Shown here one piece after another: positions 18,361 to 29,828 of a DNA stretch of 64,000 bases. The notes under the pieces were generated by a model. The model did not search any database. It was not told where the DNA came from and worked only from the letters and a program-made list of their open reading frames with translations. Source of the stretch: Trypanosoma brucei. Its lineage: Eukaryota. How positions within the stretch are numbered: the first letter of the stretch is position 1; each line of letters starts with the position of its first letter. The translations under genes and the position numbers were made by a program. The stretch lies in the NCBI GenBank assembly GCA_000002445.1, contig CP000066.1, forward strand, positions 1,216,001-1,280,000, given 5' to 3'.

Positions 18361-21300
18361 CACTATGAGACTATAAAAATGAGGTAAAGCCGCACATGAG
18401 CTTGTTGTAGTCACTCAGTTATGTGGTGGAGCGTCTCACGAGTCGGCGCGGTGGCCATGGCAAATGGAAAGGACATTGGATCATCACAGTACCATTACAA
18501 GTGCACATCTTTCGGTGCTTTGTTTTGGAGTTAAAGAAGATGGAAGAGTCGGAAAATTTTCTTCAATTTAACACCACTAACTCAGTGCTCTTGAGCTTCA
18601 CTATCAACAGTTTCCGTTTGTGGCTCGTGTGTCCCAAGTGTCCACAAGGTTTGTACGCCTCGGGCCTCTCGGAACAGTAACGTGCCTGCGGATTGTGGAG
18701 AAAAAGTGGATAGTAAAATTAATGAATGTAGGGAGAACACGCCCTATGTACTGATTTTTTGTGAGCTTTTTTCTCGTGTTAGAGACTCACCCGCTCAAGT
18801 TACTGCATTCTTCAGGCTATGGGGAAGGCCATATTCAAGAAAATTGGCTGTGTGAACAGCAGCTGCCTCTGAATAGAGCAGGTGAATCACCGATTGGGCC
18901 TCCATGACTTTCCCACGGTGGGGAACATAAGAATTCCACATATTAATGTCCACGGAGCCGTGCAGATAGGCGTTTTTATGTTCCTAAAAACCTACTAGCG
19001 TCAACCGTGTTGGCACAACAGCGTTGAAGCCGTCTCTAGAGTCTCCGCTGTGGGGAGTAATCGGCGTTTACTTTCCTGTGAGATGCCCGTTCACCTCCAT
19101 TATTTCACGACATCAAAAAAAAAAACGTTCCAAACTTGGTTATGTGGATACTTAATGTTCAAGGGGTCAAGTACACGGGTCGAAAGTTTCATCGTTTCAA
19201 AAAATTTATTACCAGCAATGTTAGGTGTGTATTGAACTGTTTTTTCCGGGAAAAGTTGGTAAATGAATCTGTCATAGGGAAACTTGCCACCTTCACCAGC
19301 CCATTCTGAACAACAGCCCCCAGCATGTAGATTTTGAAATACGCATTGTTTTCCACGGGATTCGCACCGGTTTCTTCTGCGCGCCTTTGTGTTTTCGCTT
19401 ATCGCTCTGAAAGTCACATTTTTTTGTGGAAACATCTGCATGGTTCCCCTCGATTATTTCTTCGGTCCGGGCGCCGCATGTGCGTGAATTTCTGTCGATG
19501 TGTGTCCCAACAGTTGGATTGCCTCTTCAGTCTTTACTGAACCTTGTTGACTTCTACGTGCGCTGCGTGGGTTGCCTGCAGCGTGCTTAGGGTCATTTTA
19601 CCTTGGGATGCTCTCTGTTCCCGTGCCGAAGTGACGGCTGTAGTTGAACCGTTGTAATGAGCTTAAATGATCCTTTGCTGCGTGTCCAAAATGCTCAAGT
19701 ACTATGGACGCCCCACCCCCTGGGATGAAGTTGCCACACCAAGAGCACCGGCCACGATTACTCGTGCGGATGAAGCCGCGGACTTCCCACCGATTTGAAT
19801 GTCACCGTACTTATGGTCGTGTTGGGCGCCGTTGGCGTCTTACAAGCCACCAGCACTTTGACTCATGATGTTCCAGCGTCTTGTGTTTCATTTCCCGGAG
19901 TACTGGTTTTATCTGCTCTACTATACCAAATGTATGCGGTTGCTGCGATCCACGTGAGAAAATACGAACTGCGGTGCGCACTGCGTAAGTCTGTCTAGTC
20001 AAAGCTTTTATTTGGCCCTTTTCGCCGCATTTTCCGCTTGTAAAAAAAGTTGATCTCGGCACACTTTGTTTTACTTTCTCTAAATATTGCTCCAGTCAAT
20101 ATGTTTGGAGTCTTCTGCAGCCTCTTTCCCTATTTTTGGTGCCTTTGAATATTCTCGTCCAGCTAGTTTTTCTCTTTTTTTATTTTCTCTGGCTAGTCTC
20201 GCCTTTTCTCCTTCATAAATTAACTTATATAATTGGCGTTCTGCAGTTGCAAGTTTGTTGGTACTCTCGTTTATTCCGCTGCTTTTCTGGAGTATATCTT
20301 CCCTCCATCCTCATTTTTCCTACGTTCTCGTTTTTGCTGGACCACTGTAGTTGAACGCCGTTGTAATTTTCCTAACATCTGTTGAAACCCATTGAAACTT
20401 CATTGTGATCTCCACTCTCATATAGGTTGTGAAATTTGACAAGTCTTCTAAACATCGACTCACTGCCTTCGTTCGTGTCGGTTTCACGGGTATTGTGTCG
20501 CTTCAGTGGTGCAACCTGGCACTTGTGCGTGCGTGTCTGCTAAAAAATTTGTTTTCTCAACACAGAGAAGTGCTGGCATGGACTAGGTGCGTGGTGAAAC
20601 TACTAACCTACGTTGTTTTATTTTTTTTTGTTAAGTTATAAAAGGAAATCTGGAAAATTTGAAAGGTTATAAGATTCTGGCACAGTTGCCTCCTTTGTGT
20701 CTCCGATGTGCTGGTCAAGTCCTCCATGACTGTGCTCAACTGAATCAAGTATCATCTCTAAGTTTAGAAACGTCGCTACGATTCAAGAAAATGGCTTTCC
20801 CCCAGTTTGATTGCTTTTGCCGCTTCGGAAATGAAGTTGGTGGTGGCCGTCCATGGTCGAAACCTTTACTGGCGTATGCGTTTCTGCCCTTCCAAGCAGT
20901 CAAGTCGCTGAGCTACCACTCACCCCCTATTACGTTGCACACTCCATAGTAATGTCAGGGCCCATATTCCAGATGAGAGGGAAAACCGAGCGTGTTCATC
21001 AATTCTGTTCCTTAGTGATTGGGGCCGGCAGATGATTGTCGGCCTCCGGGGGGAGCAGGCATCAAAGTCATCGGTTCTCGGGGATGAAAAGGAACATCAC
21101 CTTACCCTTCTGCAATCGTGAGGGCACCTTTTCGGTGGTCTGTAGGCCAGCACAGTCATCAAGCACGCTCTACAAAAATAACCCGGACACAATCCCACAT
21201 GGATCGCAATGGGGAGCTAGGGAGCTCCCACAGCCGAAAAGATTCGCTTTGGCAAAGCAACTTCACAGTTACGACGTCAATTTCTGAATTTTGCGAGGAT

Positions 21301-23475
21301 TACGTGTGCCCAAAGAAGCGGAATACAAAAATGAAATATTAACAGAAGACCATAGAAATTGCACGGCCCTGAAAATGAAGACAGAACCAATACTTGAAAC
21401 GGGTAGCGACGGTATGCTTTGGGCCCCGCGATGTACAGGGAGGTATGAAAGAGCATCGGCTAAATCGATGCCGGGCAGGGGCTATAAGTCACATTTCTGC
21501 CAACATATCCCTAAAAAGCGGAAGCGGCCACAAGGCGAGCGCCGGATTCGCTCCGCCCAACAGTTAGCGCATTGATGACCGGTGCCGATATGAACTGGAG
21601 CAGTCGGGAGTTAGCTCCATACACACAGCCAGGCGAAGCAGGCTGCCTCGTCCAGGGGCATTTGGAAGGGAAACTGAGGAGAGCCAACTCTGGGAAGGCC
21701 GCAATAAAGCCTCGAAGGCGTAACTGGTCCTCACAGCTGGGCGTGGCCACATACGGAGGGTGCTGGGTATTAAACTGGAACTCGAAATTGAACTGAATTA
21801 GCGACAGCAATAGAATCATATTCTAAGTAGGGATGTGCATGAATGCTGATAAAGTCATTTTTTTTGTACTTTCACCACACACTACTCGCAGAATAAGAAC
21901 GATTGAATAGCTTGCCAACAAACACAGGTGCACGGGGTAAAGAATGGCTCGAGCGTGACCCAAAGAAAATAGGAATATAAAGGAGGTTACGCTATTGTCT
22001 CCGGTAAGAATGGAAACACAGACGACAACACCAAAAACAGATACACTGGCGCAACACTTCTTGAGCAAAGAGCTGAAAATCTTCTAAATGGAATGACGTT
22101 ATGTGACAATGTAAGCGGAAAAGTAGCGGAGAAACATAAGGTGAAAAGTCTAATCAAAGGAAAGACACAGAGTGATGGAGAGGAAAAACATTTAAGGCAA
22201 GAAACACAGAAACAGCAGCCATCAACTCAACCAATCAGGAATTCCCACCGAGGTTACAAAACACGCAAGAAATAATTGTCACCAGGCCATTGCCGATAAA
22301 GGGACGGCTGCAGCTGTAATATCACCGGGGGCTGAGGAAGTAAGGACATATTATTTCCATGGAACAAGCAAACTAACGCGCAGTTGCTGAGCAAAAGGTG
22401 TGGCAACGGAAGGAGGACCCAGAGCATTTATTGGCATTTGGGGAAACGGTTAAAGAGCGGAAGGACATTGGCGGCACTCGCCAACTTACTGTCCCCACGA
22501 TTAACTCTAAAAATAGGTCCTGCGAAAGTAAAGGAAGGGATGCTATGATGGACGTGGAAACACAGGGCGAAATTAACCAAAGGCGTAGAACCAACCATCA
22601 GGTCAACGTTTTCACACTGTCGGACAAAGAAAAATTATGAAATGGAGCGAAAACCCAACGAGGGCAACCTCACTTCAAAACAGTGCTCGGCGTGGTAGAC
22701 GGGGATTGCCACCGCAGTGGCGGAAAAGTTGAAAAGGAATGGCGAAGGGAAGCGGTACCCAATGTCTATGGCCAAAAAAAATATGAGAGGTCCTTGCCAA
22801 AGCGTGCCTCCCTCCGGGTAGTTCCGGCGAACTCACTGGAAAGCCAACAGCACGGTCGCGAATAGGGGCGCCCCGCACGTAACCGGGGGCTGTGTAGTGG
22901 GACTGAGAATTTTGTGGCAACTCCTCCTCCTCCTCCTACCTTTTACTGAGGTTCAAGTAACTTTTCCCTTTCCCCAGGAAATTGCAGGTCGAATTTTTGG
23001 CATTTCAGATGATGCGAATTATCGCTGTGAGTCGCTTGTGGCATCAGCAGTAAGAGCCTGGAAACGCCTCCGGGTCGCGTTTAAACCGCCCGGCTTCGAA
23101 CTAGCAGTGTGCGACGCACTGGGCCGGTGCCGTTGCGCACACAAAGAGGGCGGCTGCATTGTCAGCGGCTTATTCCAATATTGCGTGAGGGGCATTTCAG
23201 AAACTGCTGAACTTGTGGCGTTTGAGCATTTTTTCATTTAGAAAGGGAGAAAAGATGAGATATCTGCCATGCTACTTTTCGGATGAAGTAAGTTTGAGCG
23301 TTGCCGCAGCCCTGATAATGCGGCGGTGGGAGTGGTAGTGGCTAGATGATTTTAAATGTTACAGTGATTGGGTGGATGCTGTGGGTGAATTTTAAGTAGG
23401 AAAATGCGACCACTCAGAGGCTGCCTCTCCATTTGAGTTGCTGGTGTTTCGCGTTCGCGCAGGATATCCAATGGG

Positions 23476-24639
23476 TCATACGTCCTTCACTGCCCCTACC
23501 TCCGTCCTGAGTGATTGATGTCGCAAAGCGACATCCTCCACCTTGTAGAACTCCTTCTGCACAAGGTTGTCAAGCGCGTCGGCCACCAGGGCTTTCTGCG
23601 ACAACTGGGACCTGAGTTTCTTGCATTCCATGTCCGCCTGGCAGCTTATACGACTGATGCGTGCGCTAAGGTCGGCCCGACCATTATGTAGTTGCTCGAC
23701 ATCTGAAGATATTACCTCCACGTGTTGTTTTACACGCTGAAGGTTTCGAGTAACCCACTGTCTTGTCGTTTCTATTTCTTCCATGAGCAATGCCCGCGCC
23801 TGCTTCGCCTCGTTACCTAAAGTCACCACGGTGCCCGCAGTCTTGTCAACCTTTTGCTCCAGCGAACTGAGCGACTGGGTAATACCGTCAATTTTTTCTT
23901 GAAGCGGTGGAACCCGTGAATAATCCCGTCCTACTGACATCTCCAAATCCCTTAAAGAGCTTTCCACGAGCCGTAATTTTTCACGAAGGGTATCTTGCGC
24001 CTCTTGCCTTGACAAGTCCTTCTGCTCCGCCTCGCCCCACAGGGATGCGATCCGCTCCTCCACATCTCTTCTCACGTCACTCACTGTGTTTTCTATGCGT
24101 TGTTTCGTTCGTGCCGCTTGCTCTTCTCCGTCGGCTCGGATCTTCGCCAGATCACTCAAAAATGCTTGGTGGGCATCTTCTAATGTTTCCTGTACCTTGG
24201 AAATGATGAATTGTTTGAATGTTTCCATATCCTCTAACCTTGCACAGGCCTGCTCTAACCGTTTTAACCGCGACAGCAGCTCCTGCTGCTGAAACCTGAT
24301 GTCGGCCTCCTTTTCCTCTTGGATTCCTTGGGCTAGTTTCACCAACTTCGTAAGGTTCACCATTTTTTCATCGAACATACACACGCGGGCGGAGAGCTCC
24401 TCTACTCGATCAAGCAACTGCTGAACAGAGAAGGCGCCCTTCAACATCCACTCCACTCGTGACTCGGCGGCTGAGTCCACCTGTGCCGACCTTAAGGGCT
24501 CTTGAGGAGATACACTTTCCTTCTTTCGTGGCCGCAAATATATGTCAGTGTAGTCCATCGCTCGCACTGCGTCGGACAATCGTCTTGTTATGCTTTCCAA
24601 AAATAACAAAAGTAATGTAAAAGAGATGTGGGAGAGCAT
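23476..24639 (-). CDS. Coiled-coil protein, hypothetical (first gene downstream of the ORF-free tract on the far side)
   Basis: 387-aa ORF with continuous heptad-like charged repeats (EELSARV...LEQACARLEDMETFKQ...). The hydrophobic N-terminal 27 residues may be ORF extension, and the real start may be Met28 at 24558. Confidence 0.55.
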   Translation of the reverse strand: MLSHISFTLLLLFLESITRRLSDAVRAMDYTDIYLRPRKKESVSPQEPLRSAQVDSAAESRVEWMLKGAFSVQQLLDRVEELSARVCMFDEKMVNLTKLVKLAQGIQEEKEADIRFQQQELLSRLKRLEQACARLEDMETFKQFIISKVQETLEDAHQAFLSDLAKIRADGEEQAARTKQRIENTVSDVRRDVEERIASLWGEAEQKDLSRQEAQDTLREKLRLVESSLRDLEMSVGRDYSRVPPLQEKIDGITQSLSSLEQKVDKTAGTVVTLGNEAKQARALLMEEIETTRQWVTRNLQRVKQHVEVISSDVEQLHNGRADLSARISRISCQADMECKKLRSQLSQKALVADALDNLVQKEFYKVEDVALRHQSLRTEVGAVKDV

Positions 24640-24824
24640 GAGGTGAAGAAAACACCAGCAAGTCGAGACGATATCAACTTTTTACACACCACCACTAGTA
24701 GAGTCACCATGGGAACTCTGCTTGTTGTCCGGTCCCTCCATCCTGCATCTATAATCCCGTCTATCCTTTTTATTTTTATTTTTATTTTTTCCACACCTCT
24801 CCCAGTGATAGAAATCATGTACAC

Positions 24825-25487
24825 TCAAACCAGCCTATCGGAATCGTCCACGTAGAGACATGCTTCGAGTGTTTTGTTTTCCACATTCCACCTAACATAT
24901 GCCTTGCCCGCAAACACCTTCTGTGGCAGTGCGGCGCGAAGAAAATACTTTGTAGAGGAAAGCCTAAATTCATATGGATCGACTTCAATAGCTACATCAG
25001 CAATACGGGCCTGTTTCGGCATCGTAACTTTCACAAGCAGGCCGGATGAACCCGTTCTGGTGAAATCCATGCCCAAATACAAGTCCTCCGCCGTGACCTT
25101 TTCTTGGTGAAGAATGGTGTATTCGGGTTCCTCAACACCATCCCTAGGTTTTGTTGTAGTATCCTTTCGGAACTGATGAACTTCGTTGAGTTCGTCATCT
25201 GTCCAGATTGCGTAACCCTTAGGCCTTCGAGCTTGATGCTGTTTTGCCTGAATTCTTTTTGCTTCCCGACTTTCTGAAGGGATTGGGAGGCATAACTGCT
25301 GATCGATTACCGTCGCGGGAAGGGGGATATTCGATGGGTTTGGAGCGGCGGCGCTGTCGCCATGGTTCACGACGGCCGTCGGCGCCGTTTCCTGCAAACT
25401 GTAGCCAACGGATTGGCCGTCAGGGCGTTTAAAACCGTGGTTTCTGTCTAGAAGCTGGGCGAGGCTCTGAATGTCACTATAAGACAT
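24825..25487 (-). CDS. Small CS/p23-like domain protein (PIH1-family C-terminal CS domain; DNAAF6/PIH1D3-like size)
   Basis: 220 aa. The C-terminal LLVKVTMPKQARIADVAIEVDPYEFRLSSTKYFLRAALPQKVFAGKAYVRWNVENKTLEACLYV shows the alternating beta-strand pattern (L-x-V-x-LP ... L-x-L-x-LP) of PIH1/kintoun CS domains. Confidence 0.35.
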   Translation of the reverse strand: MSYSDIQSLAQLLDRNHGFKRPDGQSVGYSLQETAPTAVVNHGDSAAAPNPSNIPLPATVIDQQLCLPIPSESREAKRIQAKQHQARRPKGYAIWTDDELNEVHQFRKDTTTKPRDGVEEPEYTILHQEKVTAEDLYLGMDFTRTGSSGLLVKVTMPKQARIADVAIEVDPYEFRLSSTKYFLRAALPQKVFAGKAYVRWNVENKTLEACLYVDDSDRLV

Positions 25488-25844
25488 TTCCGCTTCCCTT
25501 TCCTTTCTTTTCCACTAACCGACTGACTTCCACTCACTTTCTACCAACACTACATTATGGTGTCGTCATCCCCAAGGGGGGGGGGGAAAGCAAAAACGCA
25601 ACACACAACACAGTGCCAATAAGGAGTGGGAGGTGATAGATAGTAACGGTCAACTTTTTTTTTCACCTCCTCGGCACGATAGGCGCTGCTGAGGAGGTTA
25701 GTGGAGGTGAGTGAGATGGAAAACACGTGAAGGGGGAGGTTTAGCTGTCAACTGTAACATAAGGCCCGCATGTACGTCTGTTGTTGCGTCCTGTGCCATT
25801 CGCACCGCCCCCTCCACCACCTCGCAAGGCTGAATCAATTCGTA

Positions 25845-27176
25845 TCACATTTTGCTCGCATTTTCCAGGAGGGGATCCAAAAGCAGTCTGTCGAGTACTT
25901 GGCGGATCTCGGGCTTGAAAACAACAAGAGAAATATACTGTTTGGCCTGGAACGCAGTAAGAACGGAAGTGCGCATACAGCCGTCTTCTATGATTATGGT
26001 ATTGAGCACCTTGTGATCCATCTCTGTAAATGGCATACGTGCCAGCTTTGAGGGGGATTCCCTCGACCACAATCGGAGCAACTTAAGTGCATCTTTGCTG
26101 AGATACCTTAGCGGCAGACTATTCTTCGGATGCTCCACTACAACGTACATGGTGCGGATCAACGACTCATACGCAGCTACGAGGTTTTGCTGCGTGTTCT
26201 CACGAACCTCCAAAACCTTTTTTGCGTTGTAAAACTCCATGAACTGCAGTGCGTTTTCTGGCCAACGCAGCACCGCGTACGCTAATGGTTCTTCATTCTC
26301 TTTAAAGTGCCTGAGGACTGAGCTCATGGAGTGCGCTTGCTGCGTGTGTTCCACCATCTCCCGTATGAGTGGTTCAATTTTTCCCAGATAGTGCTGAATG
26401 TCAGGTATTCCCGCTGCCCGTTGAAACAATCCACGTACAGCCTCCTGAGCATTAAATATGGCCGCCAAACGCGGTTTGGATGCCACCGCCGCTCCCGCCT
26501 GCGCCGCGACTGCATCGTCTTGAATGGGATGCAGTTGCACAATGTAGCCACAATGCGGCCGAAGCGTGTTGATCGGGTTTGGCTCCCGGAGGTAGGTTAT
26601 GATGTCCCCGTCATCAGCCTTATGCTGGTACAGGGTATTTTCAATGAATAGTTTGCACCCCGGTGACTCAAACGTGATGGCAGGCGCTCGGTCTTCTACC
26701 GCACGACATGCGGCAAGTACGGCACCGAGGCTATGACCGGTATAACTAATGAACCACTCCCCTTCACCTTCCCCCTTTGTAGCACTCAAATGGATCCGCA
26801 CCTGCTTGGAAAATTGTTGGGCCAGGCTAAACAAGATAGTCCTTTCGTTGAAGTAATACCAAACCCCCGAGCGCAAGCTCAACGCATCAGCCGTTCCACG
26901 GTGAGCGATGATACAGTGACGCAGTTCTTCATTTATATATGAAGCAGCGAAGTAGCCATCTTTGTCTAGCCCCAATTCCGCGGCCGTCAGGTGGAGGTTC
27001 CAGGGTTTAGGCAGCGGAGGCGCGTCAGCGATGCCGTAGACATGTAATGAAAGGAGCGCGTACACGTAATGCGAGACAAGCGGAAGCGAGGGAACTTCGT
27101 CTGGCGTCAGCTTCGATAGTGAACTTGGGGACGTCGTTTCTGGCTTAGCGGGGAGGAAGTTGTAAAAGATACTCAT
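25845..27176 (-). CDS. Class 3 (fungal-type) lipase domain protein
   Basis: It has CIIAHRGTAD (lipase_3 HRGT block) and ISYTGHSLGAVLAA (GHSxG nucleophile elbow). The ORF is 443 aa. Confidence 0.65.
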   Translation of the reverse strand: MSIFYNFLPAKPETTSPSSLSKLTPDEVPSLPLVSHYVYALLSLHVYGIADAPPLPKPWNLHLTAAELGLDKDGYFAASYINEELRHCIIAHRGTADALSLRSGVWYYFNERTILFSLAQQFSKQVRIHLSATKGEGEGEWFISYTGHSLGAVLAACRAVEDRAPAITFESPGCKLFIENTLYQHKADDGDIITYLREPNPINTLRPHCGYIVQLHPIQDDAVAAQAGAAVASKPRLAAIFNAQEAVRGLFQRAAGIPDIQHYLGKIEPLIREMVEHTQQAHSMSSVLRHFKENEEPLAYAVLRWPENALQFMEFYNAKKVLEVRENTQQNLVAAYESLIRTMYVVVEHPKNSLPLRYLSKDALKLLRLWSRESPSKLARMPFTEMDHKVLNTIIIEDGCMRTSVLTAFQAKQYISLVVFKPEIRQVLDRLLLDPLLENASKM

Positions 27177-27454
27177 CTCGCCGCCTCAGCGAGTGATGAC
27201 TGTAAACAAACGAGGGGGGAACGGAAAAAGCTATTTTCCTCACCCATGCCGTCGAAACAAACGAGCCAGGGAAAAAGAGAAACCAAATTAGATAAAAAGG
27301 ACGGATAGAGTGACCCGTGGTGAAGGTGTGTGCCATTGGGTTTGCAGAGGGTGTGAAACTACAGATTAGAATGAAATGGATTGAGTATGCGTTGGCATGT
27401 GCTCCGGTGAGCAACACATTCCTTTCGGCTGACTGGAGGTGACGTGGTAACTAA

Positions 27455-29335
27455 CTAGCGCTGAACACGTTCCCTCCATTCCCGTTGTGCGAGGGCCTCG
27501 AGGGTGCGCCTCACCTGCCAAAGTTCCCTTTGCCTCGGGGGTTTGACTGCCTCTATCCATGGCGGTTGGGACCGGGGAAGGCGGTGGCGCTGCCGTGTGA
27601 AGCGCATGATTGGCGCAACCACAGTAGCCTCATCCACGAGCCCACGGGGTGCTTCCTTCCCCTGCAACTGATGGATGGCAGCAAGACGGGAGGTAATCTT
27701 CGAGTTTAGCGAGTATCCGACTAGTGGCGGACCTGCACCAGTTGTTTTGCCATCGTTGAGGAGTGCGCGCGCCTCCATCATGAGAGTTTCGTAGTCGCTG
27801 TTTTTCAGTGTGGGTTGCGTCAGAACCCATTTAAGCGCAATAGATAACCACTGAGCTCTCGCGTAGTCGGACGCGTCGGCTTGAAGTTCCCTTTTCAACA
27901 CCATGTAATATTTAAAGAAGCTGACGTGCTCCATTTCCTGCACGATACGAAGGAACAATGTCGCATTTCTTACGGAGAAACCGGCGCGGCTTAGACATCC
28001 GTCGACATGGGTAAGATGTTTTTCCACACGTTGGACAAGTTCTTCCCCAAGGAACAAATTGTGCCGGCTATACAACAAATCAAGATACAAATACTCCTCT
28101 CCTGTCTGTTTCACGTGACCAGACTCCTCTAGCGTGCGGAGCACCTTTTTGAAGTCCTTCACTCGACACTTTGCCAGGGCCACAAGACACGGGAAGATAC
28201 TATGTGGTGATGGCGAAGAGGGCTGGCGTTCACTAAGAAGCGCTTGCAGGCACCACACGGCAAGTTCCCCATCCCCCGCGTCACCAGCAAGTCTTGCTGC
28301 ACTGTGTATTACCATCGCCGAGGGAATATACCCCACCAACGCTTCGCGGATGCGCCCAAACCATACAACCCCCGCCTTACTAAACGACGATGAACTGAAG
28401 TACGTTAGACAATGCTGCAAAAGGGTGTCATCAGGATGGTTCGCTCTGGAAAGTAGGCAGTCACGGGAAACATTCACATAGCGGCCCGCCAAGTCCCAGC
28501 GTTCACCCTTCACACACGAGCGCAGCATCGCCACTAGGCAGGGTGGCTCTACCCACTTCAGAAATTCCTCGCCATGGTAATTCTCCCAACAGGAAAAGAA
28601 CTGCTCGTAAACCGCAGCTTCCCCCTTGTCTTTCTGGTGGTACAACACGAGCCGTTTGACCCTTGCCCACCAATCGCTAAACAGAACGTCATCTGGGAGC
28701 TTAAGGAGGCGAAATGCTTCCTCCGAAACCGCACGGTAGCGCCCGAGAACTGTCTCGCGCTGCTTTGCCGCACCTCGTTCCCCCCTGTCCTCACTCCATT
28801 CCTTACGGCTACGTTCGATGCACACGAAACACCTTGTACTCTGCCAGAATATACGAAGAACGATGACTGCTTCATGGGATGCCAGGCCCCGAGTGAGAGA
28901 TGTACCGTCACTATTAGATAGGCACTTTTGTAAGTACTCCGGATCCAACGTGCATGCGGCAGCATTAATAACAAGGTCATTTAGAGTGACAGGGCCCATC
29001 TTGCGGCAGCTAAAAAACATTTCCGCACACTCCGCATGCAACCCCGCAGCGTGGGCCATTCGACAGGCTTCTTTGCAAAGTCGTGCCTTGCGAGAGTCAG
29101 AGCACTGAATGAGTTTTCTCATCAACTTTCCCAACTGTTTAATGTCGATGAGGCCGCTGGATTTTGACAACGAGCGCAAGCTGGCTTCCAAAGTGTCGAC
29201 TCCCTCCGTTGCTGTCGGCACAAGTGTTGTCACTGCTCGCCCTTGAATACACCGGGAGAGTGCACTAACTAACCGTTGCATTTTAAATAAGCATCGGCGG
29301 CGGAACTGCGTTACCCTTTCCCGAAAAACAGACAA
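27455..29335 (-). CDS. Hypothetical helical-repeat protein with putative N-terminal mitochondrial presequence
   Basis: 626-aa ORF. The N-terminus is Arg-rich and amphipathic (MSVFRERVTQFRRRCLFKMQRLVSALSR). The rest is largely alpha-helical leucine-rich composition. No catalytic motif was recognised. Confidence 0.5.
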   Translation of the reverse strand: MSVFRERVTQFRRRCLFKMQRLVSALSRCIQGRAVTTLVPTATEGVDTLEASLRSLSKSSGLIDIKQLGKLMRKLIQCSDSRKARLCKEACRMAHAAGLHAECAEMFFSCRKMGPVTLNDLVINAAACTLDPEYLQKCLSNSDGTSLTRGLASHEAVIVLRIFWQSTRCFVCIERSRKEWSEDRGERGAAKQRETVLGRYRAVSEEAFRLLKLPDDVLFSDWWARVKRLVLYHQKDKGEAAVYEQFFSCWENYHGEEFLKWVEPPCLVAMLRSCVKGERWDLAGRYVNVSRDCLLSRANHPDDTLLQHCLTYFSSSSFSKAGVVWFGRIREALVGYIPSAMVIHSAARLAGDAGDGELAVWCLQALLSERQPSSPSPHSIFPCLVALAKCRVKDFKKVLRTLEESGHVKQTGEEYLYLDLLYSRHNLFLGEELVQRVEKHLTHVDGCLSRAGFSVRNATLFLRIVQEMEHVSFFKYYMVLKRELQADASDYARAQWLSIALKWVLTQPTLKNSDYETLMMEARALLNDGKTTGAGPPLVGYSLNSKITSRLAAIHQLQGKEAPRGLVDEATVVAPIMRFTRQRHRLPRSQPPWIEAVKPPRQRELWQVRRTLEALAQREWRERVQR

Positions 29336-29828
29336 ACAGATATAGACGTGAAGCGGTGTGTGTGTGTGTGATCCCAGTCTAACGAAGGTTCATATGAATT
29401 TCCGTGCAACACTGCTCTGCAGATTGTAGCTCACTAAGCACCCATATTCCAGAATAACAAAAACGTCATTTTTTCTTTAAATAGTCTGATTTAATTTAAA
29501 AAATTTTCTATTAATGTGTTCGAGCCAGTCCACATGTAAAAACCATTGCGGACTATTTTCACCCGATGCATTACCTTCATACACAACAATTGTGTTATAC
29601 TTTTGTTGCGATGTTGTCGTCGACGCCTTGGCATTGTCGCTGTGGAAACTGAAATGAGGCTGCAAATTAGAAAAATCAAAGTAAAGGGGGGAGGGGAAAC
29701 AACCGTGGGTCAACAGCAACACCAACAACTCCAATAATAACGGATTCCGAAGTGACGGATATTGAAATGCGATAAGTGGTGCCACTGAACCTGCCAACTG
29801 CCGTGGCGTTTGTAACCGTGCGCGGACG

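Noticed and set aside
18113-18400. Identification of the GC-rich element as 7SL/SRP RNA
   Set aside because: I looked for the conserved helix-8 signature (GNRA tetraloop followed by an AGCAG-type internal loop) and could not find it on either strand. I cannot reproduce the known trypanosome 7SL sequence from memory, so it is left as unclassified.
18405-18492. Possible minus-strand C/D snoRNA (GUGAUGA ... CUGA ~70 nt apart)
   Set aside because: Only short C/D box matches were seen. There is no convincing terminal stem and no way to test rRNA guide complementarity here.
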